Shown here piece after piece: positions 9,858-18,289 of a stretch of 64,000 bases of DNA. The DNA is taken from assembly GCA_034530615.2 (NCBI GenBank), contig JAVRCV020000019.1, positions 1 through 64,000 on the forward strand. The letters run 5' to 3'. The stretch's first letter is position 1. Every line of letters starts with the position of its first letter. The notes under the pieces were generated by a model that searched no databases, was not told where the DNA came from, and saw nothing but the letters and a program-made list of their open reading frames with translations. The position numbers were made by a program, and so were the translations under genes. The DNA is from Aulosira sp. ZfuVER01. Lineage in GTDB: Bacteria; Cyanobacteriota; Cyanobacteriia; Cyanobacteriales; Nostocaceae.

Positions 9858-12425
9858 ATGCGTAGAATAAAACCTATAAGCAAAGAAATCGTTGAGGAGC
9901 AAGAAGAACTACGAGAGATGCTCCACTTCTACCTGGACAAGATGGGAGCAACGCAGGTGGAATTATCAGAAGGGATGGGTGTTAGCCGACCAGTTGTGAT
10001 TAATTTTTTGAATAAGGACAAGAAGCAACGGTTGCCAGTAGACCGTAAAAGTTTGATCAAACTGTGCGAGAGTCTTCAAAAAGGTAAGGCATCTAAGAAG
10101 AAATCAAAAATAGAGGTTGAAAACAACTCAGAAGAAATTGAATCCTTACCTGACGAACTGCCTAATCCTGACAAACTGCGAGAGTTACTAGGAAAGATTG
10201 GAGTAGATGAGCTACTGGAGTCCGCCGGCTTTTTGCCAGAAAAAACCAGGATTATCCGGGTGACTCCAGAAAGGTTTTTTGAAGTTGCTCAAGTAATTGC
10301 ATTGCTTGAGTTTTTGGAGTTTGACGATTTACTGCCTACAACCCAGGAGTTCTTAGCGATCGCAAGTAACAAAATAGCAATTGCAAGCAAAAAGCTTTTT
10401 CAAGGACATCCTAAGTATCAAGAGAATGACTACCTAAAATATCTCATTGATAATCTGGAATCTCACCCGACACTGGGTTTAAAACTGAGACTGGAAGTAA
10501 TTGACAAGCTACAGCGAACCTGGAAAAGACTTAAAGCCGGAGGCAAGACAAGCTTTACCCAGCAAGAAGCAATTAGACTGTTCATGAGCATTGCCATCAA
10601 GGAGCAAATGCCTAAAAATGTACCTAACCTTCATATTAGAGTTCAAAAGACAGAATTCCAAACTTTATCTCGGTATATCAATGTAGAAGAAGAGTATAGG
10701 GATTTATACCATAGGTTTGTACAGATTGGTTATCAGGCAGAGTGCGAGCTGAAAACTCCGGGTTCATGCTCAACAATGCAACTAGAAGCAAAGTCCCTTG
10801 ATTTGCTCAATCCAGTAATTATGGCGATAGTGACTTGTAGCTTTAGTCATAATGGCAAATCTAGTGAGTTGATTGAATGGAGCTATACTTCTGGCAACAC
10901 AATCCTAGAAAATGCTATTGGTGCTTGTAGCCTACACATGGGCTTGACAGAGGATATAGCTAACATCAGCTTATCAACAAAAACCCTAGACACCAGTATT
11001 GATTCACTGGTTGAAACAACTGTAATTCTGGGAAATCAGCAAAAGTATCAGGGAATTTGGGTAGACCGGGACTCAATGTTTACTATGCTGCAAGCGATTG
11101 TTTATGCTGCCAAGCAATGGCTAGTAGATCAGAATACAAATGGCAAACTCGATATAGAAATCTACGCTTCAGCCTGCAAAGCTCTCTCTGAGTTGAGGAA
11201 GCGATTAACTAGAGCAAGGAAAGCTTTTCAGAATTTTCAGTTCCTTGATGATGAGTGTAAGCCTGCTGAAATTAAGAAAATAGCTGATACAGCTAGGAAT
11301 GAATTAAAGAAAATTCGAGAGGAAAAGATTTACTTTTCATATAAACTCAACTTCTATCGTTGCTATTTCCTTGCAAAACGGCTGGAGCTAAGGCTATCTA
11401 ACACTCAAGGTAACATCAGTAACATAGAATTACTCATTGAAGAAATTAAACAAGTATTTGAGGAAGACGAGAAAGTAAAACAAGAGCTTGTTCCTATACA
11501 AGCTCTTATTCAGTCAGAAATCTATTTATATGAGCTTTCCTGCGGACATGAATCAAATTTATTTGAATCTAGCCAAAGGAGCAAGTGGCTTGGATTGGAA
11601 GGATGGGATAGTAAAATTAGAGGTACGATTAAACCTGGATCTTGCTATAAAGATCCAGGTTTGGATATTTATAAAGCCTTGTCTGAAATTTATGGGAATG
11701 CCGCACGAATAGAGTTCTACCTTTGCGATGATAATAATACACTTGAAAAAGCCGCAGAACATTTTCTTAGAGCAGCCCACTACGCATTACGTATTGGTTC
11801 AACTCAGCGAGTAACTCGATGGTTAGCTTTAGCAGGACGAGTCTGGGTAAGACTTGGAGATGGTAAGTTGTCAATCCAGGCATTAAAGTTTGCCGAGAAG
11901 CTTGCTAATGCTGATTTAACAACGGGTCACAGTGAGAATTTTCGTCAAGCTGTTCTTTCAGAAATTTCTTTGCTGAATGGAGAATATTTACTTTTAATCC
12001 AAAATGATCCTACTAATGCTTTAGAATATTTTTTAAAGGCACTTAAAGGGTCTGTATATTTAGGCTTAAATCGCCGTATTTGTGATGCCCTCTCCAATAT
12101 TTCAAGGTGTTCAAAGAAGCTTGGCAACTTCAGCACCAAAGAAGGACTTACTAGGGTATTTATAGGAGAAGATCAGTTAACTGAATCAAACAAAGGTAAA
12201 CTAAATCCAACAAGTAACCGCACCTCCGAGAAAGTTTTAGATTTGCTGTGTAGCCTATGGAGTAGAGAAAATAATCCTAGCTGGTTTCAAGTGCAAGGTG
12301 AATTTTCTGAACTTGCTGCTGATATTTGGCAAGGTTGGCATCTTGATACTAAGCCTGGAGCAACGACAAAACATCCTATTGCCGAAAAGATTGAAAGCGA
12401 ATCTTGGCTATGCCAAGTTAATTGA
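9858..12425 (+). CDS. large protein with N-terminal XRE-like HTH and C-terminal TPR-like helical repeats
   Basis: ATQVELSEGMGVSRPVVINFLN HTH; Ala/Leu helical repeats (AAEHFLRAAHYALRIG, ALEYFLKALKGS); no P-loop seen. Confidence 0.8.
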   Translation: MRRIKPISKEIVEEQEELREMLHFYLDKMGATQVELSEGMGVSRPVVINFLNKDKKQRLPVDRKSLIKLCESLQKGKASKKKSKIEVENNSEEIESLPDELPNPDKLRELLGKIGVDELLESAGFLPEKTRIIRVTPERFFEVAQVIALLEFLEFDDLLPTTQEFLAIASNKIAIASKKLFQGHPKYQENDYLKYLIDNLESHPTLGLKLRLEVIDKLQRTWKRLKAGGKTSFTQQEAIRLFMSIAIKEQMPKNVPNLHIRVQKTEFQTLSRYINVEEEYRDLYHRFVQIGYQAECELKTPGSCSTMQLEAKSLDLLNPVIMAIVTCSFSHNGKSSELIEWSYTSGNTILENAIGACSLHMGLTEDIANISLSTKTLDTSIDSLVETTVILGNQQKYQGIWVDRDSMFTMLQAIVYAAKQWLVDQNTNGKLDIEIYASACKALSELRKRLTRARKAFQNFQFLDDECKPAEIKKIADTARNELKKIREEKIYFSYKLNFYRCYFLAKRLELRLSNTQGNISNIELLIEEIKQVFEEDEKVKQELVPIQALIQSEIYLYELSCGHESNLFESSQRSKWLGLEGWDSKIRGTIKPGSCYKDPGLDIYKALSEIYGNAARIEFYLCDDNNTLEKAAEHFLRAAHYALRIGSTQRVTRWLALAGRVWVRLGDGKLSIQALKFAEKLANADLTTGHSENFRQAVLSEISLLNGEYLLLIQNDPTNALEYFLKALKGSVYLGLNRRICDALSNISRCSKKLGNFSTKEGLTRVFIGEDQLTESNKGKLNPTSNRTSEKVLDLLCSLWSRENNPSWFQVQGEFSELAADIWQGWHLDTKPGATTKHPIAEKIESESWLCQVN

Positions 12426-12450
12426 ACTAACGAGCTAACAATAGAAAATA

Positions 12451-12675
12451 TTCGTAGTTGCGCTTTAGCGCCTTCTACAATGAAAAATTTAATGCTCTAC
12501 TTTAGTCAAGTCACGGTAGAGATTAGAGATATTCGGTGCGTTATGGACGATAGTCCTAACGCACCCTACTGGGATGGCAAGGCTAAAGTTGTGCATTAAA
12601 TTTCTAATTGATAGGGCGCTAAAGCGCAACTACGAACTTTTTTATTGCAACATTTTAGTCTTGCCACGCCACTAC
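12451..12675. mobile_element. composite palindromic REP/MITE-like element
   Basis: Perfect 22-bp inverted repeats at 12451-12472 and 12615-12636, enclosing a central GGTGCGTTA…TAACGCACC-CTAC hairpin. Confidence 0.7.
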
Positions 12676-12986
12676 CAGATGGAAACTCCCTGCGGTTTTA
12701 ACGATCAGTCTTTCATCATGCATGATATCTAGCGATCGCATCTACCTCTAGATAGGCAATCAAAAATCTTCAGTCTATTTGTCAAGCTTTCGGCAGCTTT
12801 CTCGCGAATGAGCGAACATTACTCTGGAGATGGTGATTTGGCTTTGGCAAACAGTTCCTCCGATGGATAGACTCAAATTAGGATATCGCCTTAAAATTGG
12901 TGGAAAAGCAGAAAGAACCTACCAAAAAGCAGAATTCTGTTACCTCTAATTGCTGAAAAAATTACCAATAGGTCATTTGAGGCTGG

Positions 12987-13706
12987 ATGATGAACGACAT
13001 TCGCGTAGTTGTAATTGAAGACCACGACCTAACTCGTATAGGTATGCGTGCTGCTTTAAAGCAAAAAGCAGGAATTCAAGTAGTTGGTGAAGCTAAAGAT
13101 GCTAAATCGGGTTTGACGCTGCTTAAAGCTATGCAACCAGATGTGGCAATAGTAGATGTGGGCTTACCGGATATGAGTGGAATTGAGTTAACGCAGATAT
13201 TCAAAAATTCTGAAGTAGACTCATCTTTGCCTACTAAGATTTTAATTTTGACTATGAATGATAGTGAAGATACTGTTTTAGCTGCGTTTGCTGCTGGAGC
13301 AGATTCCTATTATATGAAAGATGCCAGCATTGAGAAATTAGCTGATGCCATACGAATTACTCATGAAGGTAATTCATGGATTGACCCTGCTATTGCTCGG
13401 ATTGTATTGCGCCAAAGCAACAATGTTTATACAGAAGCAATTTCTCCTACTAAACCTTCAACAGTTGCGATTAACTCTTTATCACCATCAGAAAGTGAAT
13501 TTATCCTAGCCTATCCTTTAACTGCACGCGAATTAGATGTATTGAAGTTAATTGTTGATGGGTGCAGTAATAGCCAAATTGGTGAACAACTTTACATTAC
13601 AGTCGGTACAGTAAAAACTCACGTTCGCAATATCCTAAACAAGCTTTCGGTTAGCGATCGCACTCAAATTGCAGTTCGTGCTTTGCGAGCCGGATTAGTT
13701 CGATAA
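12987..13706 (+). CDS. NarL/LuxR family response regulator (OrrA-like paralogue 1)
   Basis: REC domain (IEDHDLTRIG, VDVGLPD) plus LuxR HTH (LTARELDVL…TVKTHVRNILNKL). Confidence 0.93.
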   Translation: MMNDIRVVVIEDHDLTRIGMRAALKQKAGIQVVGEAKDAKSGLTLLKAMQPDVAIVDVGLPDMSGIELTQIFKNSEVDSSLPTKILILTMNDSEDTVLAAFAAGADSYYMKDASIEKLADAIRITHEGNSWIDPAIARIVLRQSNNVYTEAISPTKPSTVAINSLSPSESEFILAYPLTARELDVLKLIVDGCSNSQIGEQLYITVGTVKTHVRNILNKLSVSDRTQIAVRALRAGLVR

Positions 13707-14134
13707 TTGTTTTTGAGAACATTTGCCACAGAATTGATAAATTCAATCGGTTCTATTGGCTTGACCAAGTATGCCTGAAATCCGGATGCAAGTGCTTCCT
13801 TTTCAGAAGTATCTTGAGCATAAGCAGTCACGGCTATTGCAGGAATTTGTTTTACTTGTTGTGCGGACATTGCTCTAATTTTCCGTATCAGAGTATACCC
13901 GTCTATTTCAGGCAAGCCAATATCACAAAGCAGTATATCAGGTTGCGTTTGTTCTAAAACTGCCAGTGCTTCATACGCTGATGCTGTTACTGCTACATTG
14001 GCTCCTGAATCTTCTAGCAAAAAAGTCAGCAAGAGTTGCGTATCTTCATTATCTTCCACTAGCAAAACTCTTAAACCTTCTAAAATTAGAGAAGTTTGCA
14101 GAATTTCAGGATTTAGGCTATTTCTGGCCTGCAT
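13664..14134 (-). CDS. stand-alone receiver domain protein
   Basis: VLLVEDN, DIGLPEIDG, AVTA, KP motifs; overlaps the convergent regulator by 43 bp. Confidence 0.85.
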   Translation of the reverse strand: MQARNSLNPEILQTSLILEGLRVLLVEDNEDTQLLLTFLLEDSGANVAVTASAYEALAVLEQTQPDILLCDIGLPEIDGYTLIRKIRAMSAQQVKQIPAIAVTAYAQDTSEKEALASGFQAYLVKPIEPIEFINSVANVLKNNYRTNPARKARTAI

Positions 14135-14356
14135 ATGTTACCCTATCCTCAAATTTTTTCTGAAAGTTAATAGTTTCTTTAGGATTCTAACAGATAACAA
14201 AAATATGAGCAAAGTATAAAAATCTCGGCTGTAACTTCATTCTAAAAGAATGATTTTATATCTTTAGGTAGATGAACTAGATAGAGGACTTTAAAAATAG
14301 AATAGATTGTATACAGATATTATTGGGCTTGTTAAATAAAAAACATCAATAGCCTT

Positions 14357-14451
14357 AGAAGTTGCCTCTACCATATTTTATCTTCAACCTTGCAACACAG
14401 CCTCAGGGGCTACAAATTTTTAGATTCATCGTTCATCAGGAGGATGTCAAT
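14357..14451 (-). pseudogene. degraded 5' relic of a REC-first hybrid histidine kinase
   Basis: Reads IDILLMNDESKN-(1-nt frameshift)-VAPEAVLQG*R*NMVEATS, matching the typical VNILLVDD..ENLLALEAIL..LGQNLV.ATS N-terminus. Confidence 0.65.
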
Positions 14452-14545
14452 CTAATTTTAGATATTGGATTGTATCAACCCATCTATCGCATTATTTTTT
14501 CGACCTAGGATAATTTTAGGTTTCGTATGTTTATGATTGACTTGT

Positions 14546-15103
14546 CTAATGACAAAGATAAACTAATTTCTTTGCTATCTCTTTTAGTGGCAAAATCCAG
14601 TCTACAGCAACAGCAGTAATAGCAGCTTTTGGCATCACAGCATATTCAGCATCAGTAGGTTCTTGAACAATTGCGATCCCAAAATGGGATTTTACCATTT
14701 TTAAACCTTGCACGCCATCTTCATTGGCTCCGGTTAAAATTACCGCAATTACTTGCTTACCATAAACCTCAGCAGCCGACTCAAACAAAACGTCGATTGA
14801 AGGACGAGCATAAGAAACAGGAGCATCAATAGAAAGCGCAAAGTACCCTGATTCAATTAACAAATGGTAATCAGCAGGTGCTAAATAAACATAGCCTGAT
14901 AAAATTTCGTCCTTATCTTCAACTTCTCGCACTATTAAAGATGTATCTTGCTGCAACATTTCTCCTAACCTATTGCAAGAATCTCGATGGCGATGTTGCA
15001 CTATTACAATAGGAGACTTTAAATCTTTTGGTAGATTTTGCAGCAAAATTTTTATGGCGGTCAAACCACCAGAAGATGAGCCAATGACGACAATCTTAAA
15101 CAC
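14546..15103 (-). CDS. cheB: stand-alone CheB methylesterase (no REC domain)
   Basis: GSSSGG, VQHR, RPSIDVLFES and GANEDG catalytic motifs; GTG start just after the cheR stop. Confidence 0.9.
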   Translation of the reverse strand: MFKIVVIGSSSGGLTAIKILLQNLPKDLKSPIVIVQHRHRDSCNRLGEMLQQDTSLIVREVEDKDEILSGYVYLAPADYHLLIESGYFALSIDAPVSYARPSIDVLFESAAEVYGKQVIAVILTGANEDGVQGLKMVKSHFGIAIVQEPTDAEYAVMPKAAITAVAVDWILPLKEIAKKLVYLCH

Positions 15104-15105
15104 CT

Positions 15106-15936
15106 CTAATCCAACCTCCGATAGAGCTTTTCTCCTTTGACAAGTTCTTGGTATTGTTGGTCTTGAGTTGTAAAACGAATTGATTCTTGTCGTCCTAAAC
15201 CTAAAATACCAAAAGGGCAAAGGCTATTATAAAAAAGTTCATGTACGCGCTTTTGCAAGATTTGGTTGAAATAAATTAAGACATTACGACAAATAATGAT
15301 GTGAAATTCATTAAAAGAACTATCAGTTGCTAAATTATGCTGGGCAAATACAATATTTTCTCGTAAAGATGAGCGAATAATCGCACTGTCGTAACCTGCG
15401 GTATAGTATTCTGAAAAAGATTGCTTCCCACCTGCTTTTAAATAAAGTTGGGTATAATCTTGCATGAGTTTGAGAGGAAAAATCCCACTTTTAGCTATTT
15501 GCAGCACTTTTTCGTTAAAGTCTGTCGCGTAAATACGGCAACGTTGGTAAAGTTTTTCCTCTTCTAGTAAAATTGCCATTGAGTACACTTCCTCACCCGT
15601 TGAACATCCAGCGTGCCAAATGCGAATAAAAGGGTAAGTACGTAAAAGCGGAATGACTTCCTTCCGCAACGCTAGATAAAAGCTAGGATCGCGAAACATG
15701 GAAGTTACATTTACTGTAATACTCAGTAAAAATCGTTCTAAACATTCCCGGTTGTGTAGCACCTGTGCTTGCAAATTAGAAACGCTAGTAAAGCCTTCTT
15801 TTTTAATAAAATGATGGATGCGACGTTTGAGGGAAGATAAGGCATAATTGCGGAAGTCATAACCCCAGTAGCGGTACACTCCTTCAAGTAGTAACTGAAT
15901 TTCGATATCTTCTAATTTTGGATTTGGTAAAGTCAT
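15106..15936 (-). CDS. cheR: CheR-type protein-glutamate O-methyltransferase
   Basis: TSMFRDP, RIWHAGCSTGEEVYS, ATD, CRNVLIYF. Confidence 0.95.
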   Translation of the reverse strand: MTLPNPKLEDIEIQLLLEGVYRYWGYDFRNYALSSLKRRIHHFIKKEGFTSVSNLQAQVLHNRECLERFLLSITVNVTSMFRDPSFYLALRKEVIPLLRTYPFIRIWHAGCSTGEEVYSMAILLEEEKLYQRCRIYATDFNEKVLQIAKSGIFPLKLMQDYTQLYLKAGGKQSFSEYYTAGYDSAIIRSSLRENIVFAQHNLATDSSFNEFHIIICRNVLIYFNQILQKRVHELFYNSLCPFGILGLGRQESIRFTTQDQQYQELVKGEKLYRRLD

Positions 15937-16469
15937 AACAAAGGCGAAAGATGATTAATTAGTGTTCTTGCTATAAATGTTTAAAGACAAGTTTCACTAA
16001 TTATTCAATAAATTGTTTTTGAGATATTCTTGCTAGTAAATTTTTGGCTTGTTATTACAGCTTGAAATGGATTAGCATTTTTTTGATTGAATATTTCCTT
16101 GGTTGCATACAAAATATCCAGGCTTTTCAGTCAATGGATTAATGGCTTTAACTCAATCAGCCAAAGCTGCACAAGAGTTTAATGCCAACTATTTCTTGGG
16201 GAGTATTCATGAGTTAATCTGTGACTTATACAAATATATTCATCTTTAAAAATAAAACTTTGATAATATTTTCACGCCCGTCTATAGTGAGATAAACAAA
16301 TAATTCTATGGTTGTAATTTTAGTATTTTATGTTAAAATTTAACTTTAAATTAACAATTCATAAAATATTTAGAATTCAAGCTCATAAAGCTAAAAAGGC
16401 AAAACCAGGCTTATCAAAAAACCTGGTTATTATCTTCATAGCGATTCTGAGAAATAAAATCTCTTACTG

Positions 16470-18128
16470 TTATTGCCAAACAAAGACCTTAGCTTCAAAC
16501 GGGCCTAAATCAGTCATTAAGGAGTTATCACCAGCTTCAACATCATAATTACCCGTCCATTCGTGCCAAGTACCATTTTCTGGAAAGTCGGGAATTGTAT
16601 ATCCTGCCAAAAATTCACCAGAAAAGTTGGCGACGACTACCACACGGGAACCTTCACCATTCCAACGGGTGTATGCTAGTACTTGAGATTCGGGATTCTC
16701 ATGGAAAAAGTTAATATTTTCGGTATACAGTGCATGATTTTGTTTGCGCAGAGCAATTAAACCTTTGTAATATTCAAATAAGCCTCGATTATCGTCACCT
16801 GCCAGCAATGTCCAGTCAACTTTTGCCTGATCGATAGTTTTATATTTGAACTCACCAAACTCTTCACCCATCCAAATTAGGGGAACACCTACCGCAGTCA
16901 TCAAAAGAACCACACCCAACTTGATGCGACGGAAAGCTTCTTCACCTAAAATTTCGCGATCGCCTAAATCTGCCATAACATGATTATGGTCATGGTTGGT
17001 GAGGTAGTTAACTACATTGGTTGCACCCATAAAGCCTTGACGCTTGCAATCCAAGACATCTTTCAGCCGTTCTAAATCAAAGGTATCTCCAGCGATATGC
17101 TCGAGAACGCAATGATAAAAGCTATCATGCCAGCAACCATCCATCGGCCCATCAACATTGGTAATGCTAGGCGTTTCGGGGATGTGTTCGGCAATATTGT
17201 AAAAGGGTTTGCTCCCAGCAGTTTGCTTGGCTTCCTGCACAATCCAATGCATAAAATCATAATTGGCGATTTGCCGTGCTGCATCGTAACGAATACCATC
17301 AATGTGGTACTCCTGAATCCAGTAACGCACAGTATCGCCAACAAATTTGCGTGCGGGGTAGATATCGAGATTTTCGTCGTAGTGTTCGTAGTTAAATTCC
17401 GGACCCCAGTTATTATCAGGGTCGCGGGGTTCGTGGTGATACCAATAATCGTGGTCTATTTGAGTTAAGGGTGCAGAGGCTTCGGAGTGGTTATAAATCC
17501 CATCCATCAATACCCGAATTCCTCTCGCATGACACTCATCAATTAACTGTTTCAAATCTGCGGTAGAACCATAACTAGATTCTGTAGCCAAGAAATGTCG
17601 AGGATTATAACCCCAACTGTAATCGCCAGGATATTCTTTGACTGGCATTAGTTCAATGGCATTAATTCCCAAATCGCAGAGATAATCTAGCTTTTCAATG
17701 ACGTGCTTGTATTTACCTCGCGCCTTGGAATCATCTTCCCCGCCAGAGAAGTCTGCAACGTGTAATTCGTAGATAACTAATTCATGGTCAGCAGGTAAGG
17801 GTTTATCATCATGGTGCCAAACATAGGTATCAACTATCTTTTCACCATCTTTGATTCGCACAATACTATTTTCACTAGCGTTCATGCCATCAATATCGGT
17901 AGCATAAGGATCGGTGACATCTACCGACTGGTCTTCTTCAAAAAACCAGCTTTTGGACTGTACGCGAAACTTATATTCGTAAGTGCCATCTTCTAAATCT
18001 ACAGTGGCGCGAAAATAACCATCTTCACCCTTTTCCATTGGGATTTCTTGCCAATCAGAAAAAGAAGCAATTAAAGATGCAGTTTTGTTATAAGGAGCAA
18101 ACAAATTAAATTCTATAGGACTTGCCAT
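16470..18128 (-). CDS. GH13 alpha-amylase/glucanotransferase family protein with N-terminal CBM48-like domain (lti2-like), 552 aa
   Basis: IYELHV, ELMPV, WGYNP, DGIYNH, DGIRYDA, AEH, NHDH. Confidence 0.9.
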   Translation of the reverse strand: MASPIEFNLFAPYNKTASLIASFSDWQEIPMEKGEDGYFRATVDLEDGTYEYKFRVQSKSWFFEEDQSVDVTDPYATDIDGMNASENSIVRIKDGEKIVDTYVWHHDDKPLPADHELVIYELHVADFSGGEDDSKARGKYKHVIEKLDYLCDLGINAIELMPVKEYPGDYSWGYNPRHFLATESSYGSTADLKQLIDECHARGIRVLMDGIYNHSEASAPLTQIDHDYWYHHEPRDPDNNWGPEFNYEHYDENLDIYPARKFVGDTVRYWIQEYHIDGIRYDAARQIANYDFMHWIVQEAKQTAGSKPFYNIAEHIPETPSITNVDGPMDGCWHDSFYHCVLEHIAGDTFDLERLKDVLDCKRQGFMGATNVVNYLTNHDHNHVMADLGDREILGEEAFRRIKLGVVLLMTAVGVPLIWMGEEFGEFKYKTIDQAKVDWTLLAGDDNRGLFEYYKGLIALRKQNHALYTENINFFHENPESQVLAYTRWNGEGSRVVVVANFSGEFLAGYTIPDFPENGTWHEWTGNYDVEAGDNSLMTDLGPFEAKVFVWQ

Positions 18129-18289
18129 ATAATTCCTGTGTGTGGCGAACTCTTTATTAGCGTTGTATGGTTGCATTTTCTTACGCAGCTTTAAAGAAGC
18201 ACATCACACTGGAGAACAAAAAATGTTGTAACTTGTTCTTCCTCAAGATTTACCGAGGTCATCCATAAGATAGTTCGTAATGTTATTTT

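Noticed and set aside
15104..15220. Longer cheB N-terminus from the ORF track
   Set aside because: It overlaps the cheR 3' end; CheB similarity starts at GTG 15103.
15937..16469. Possible pseudogene between the GH13 gene and cheR (includes ORF 16330-16548)
   Set aside because: Only short broken frames with no convincing domain match; AT-rich spacer with a terminator-like hairpin.
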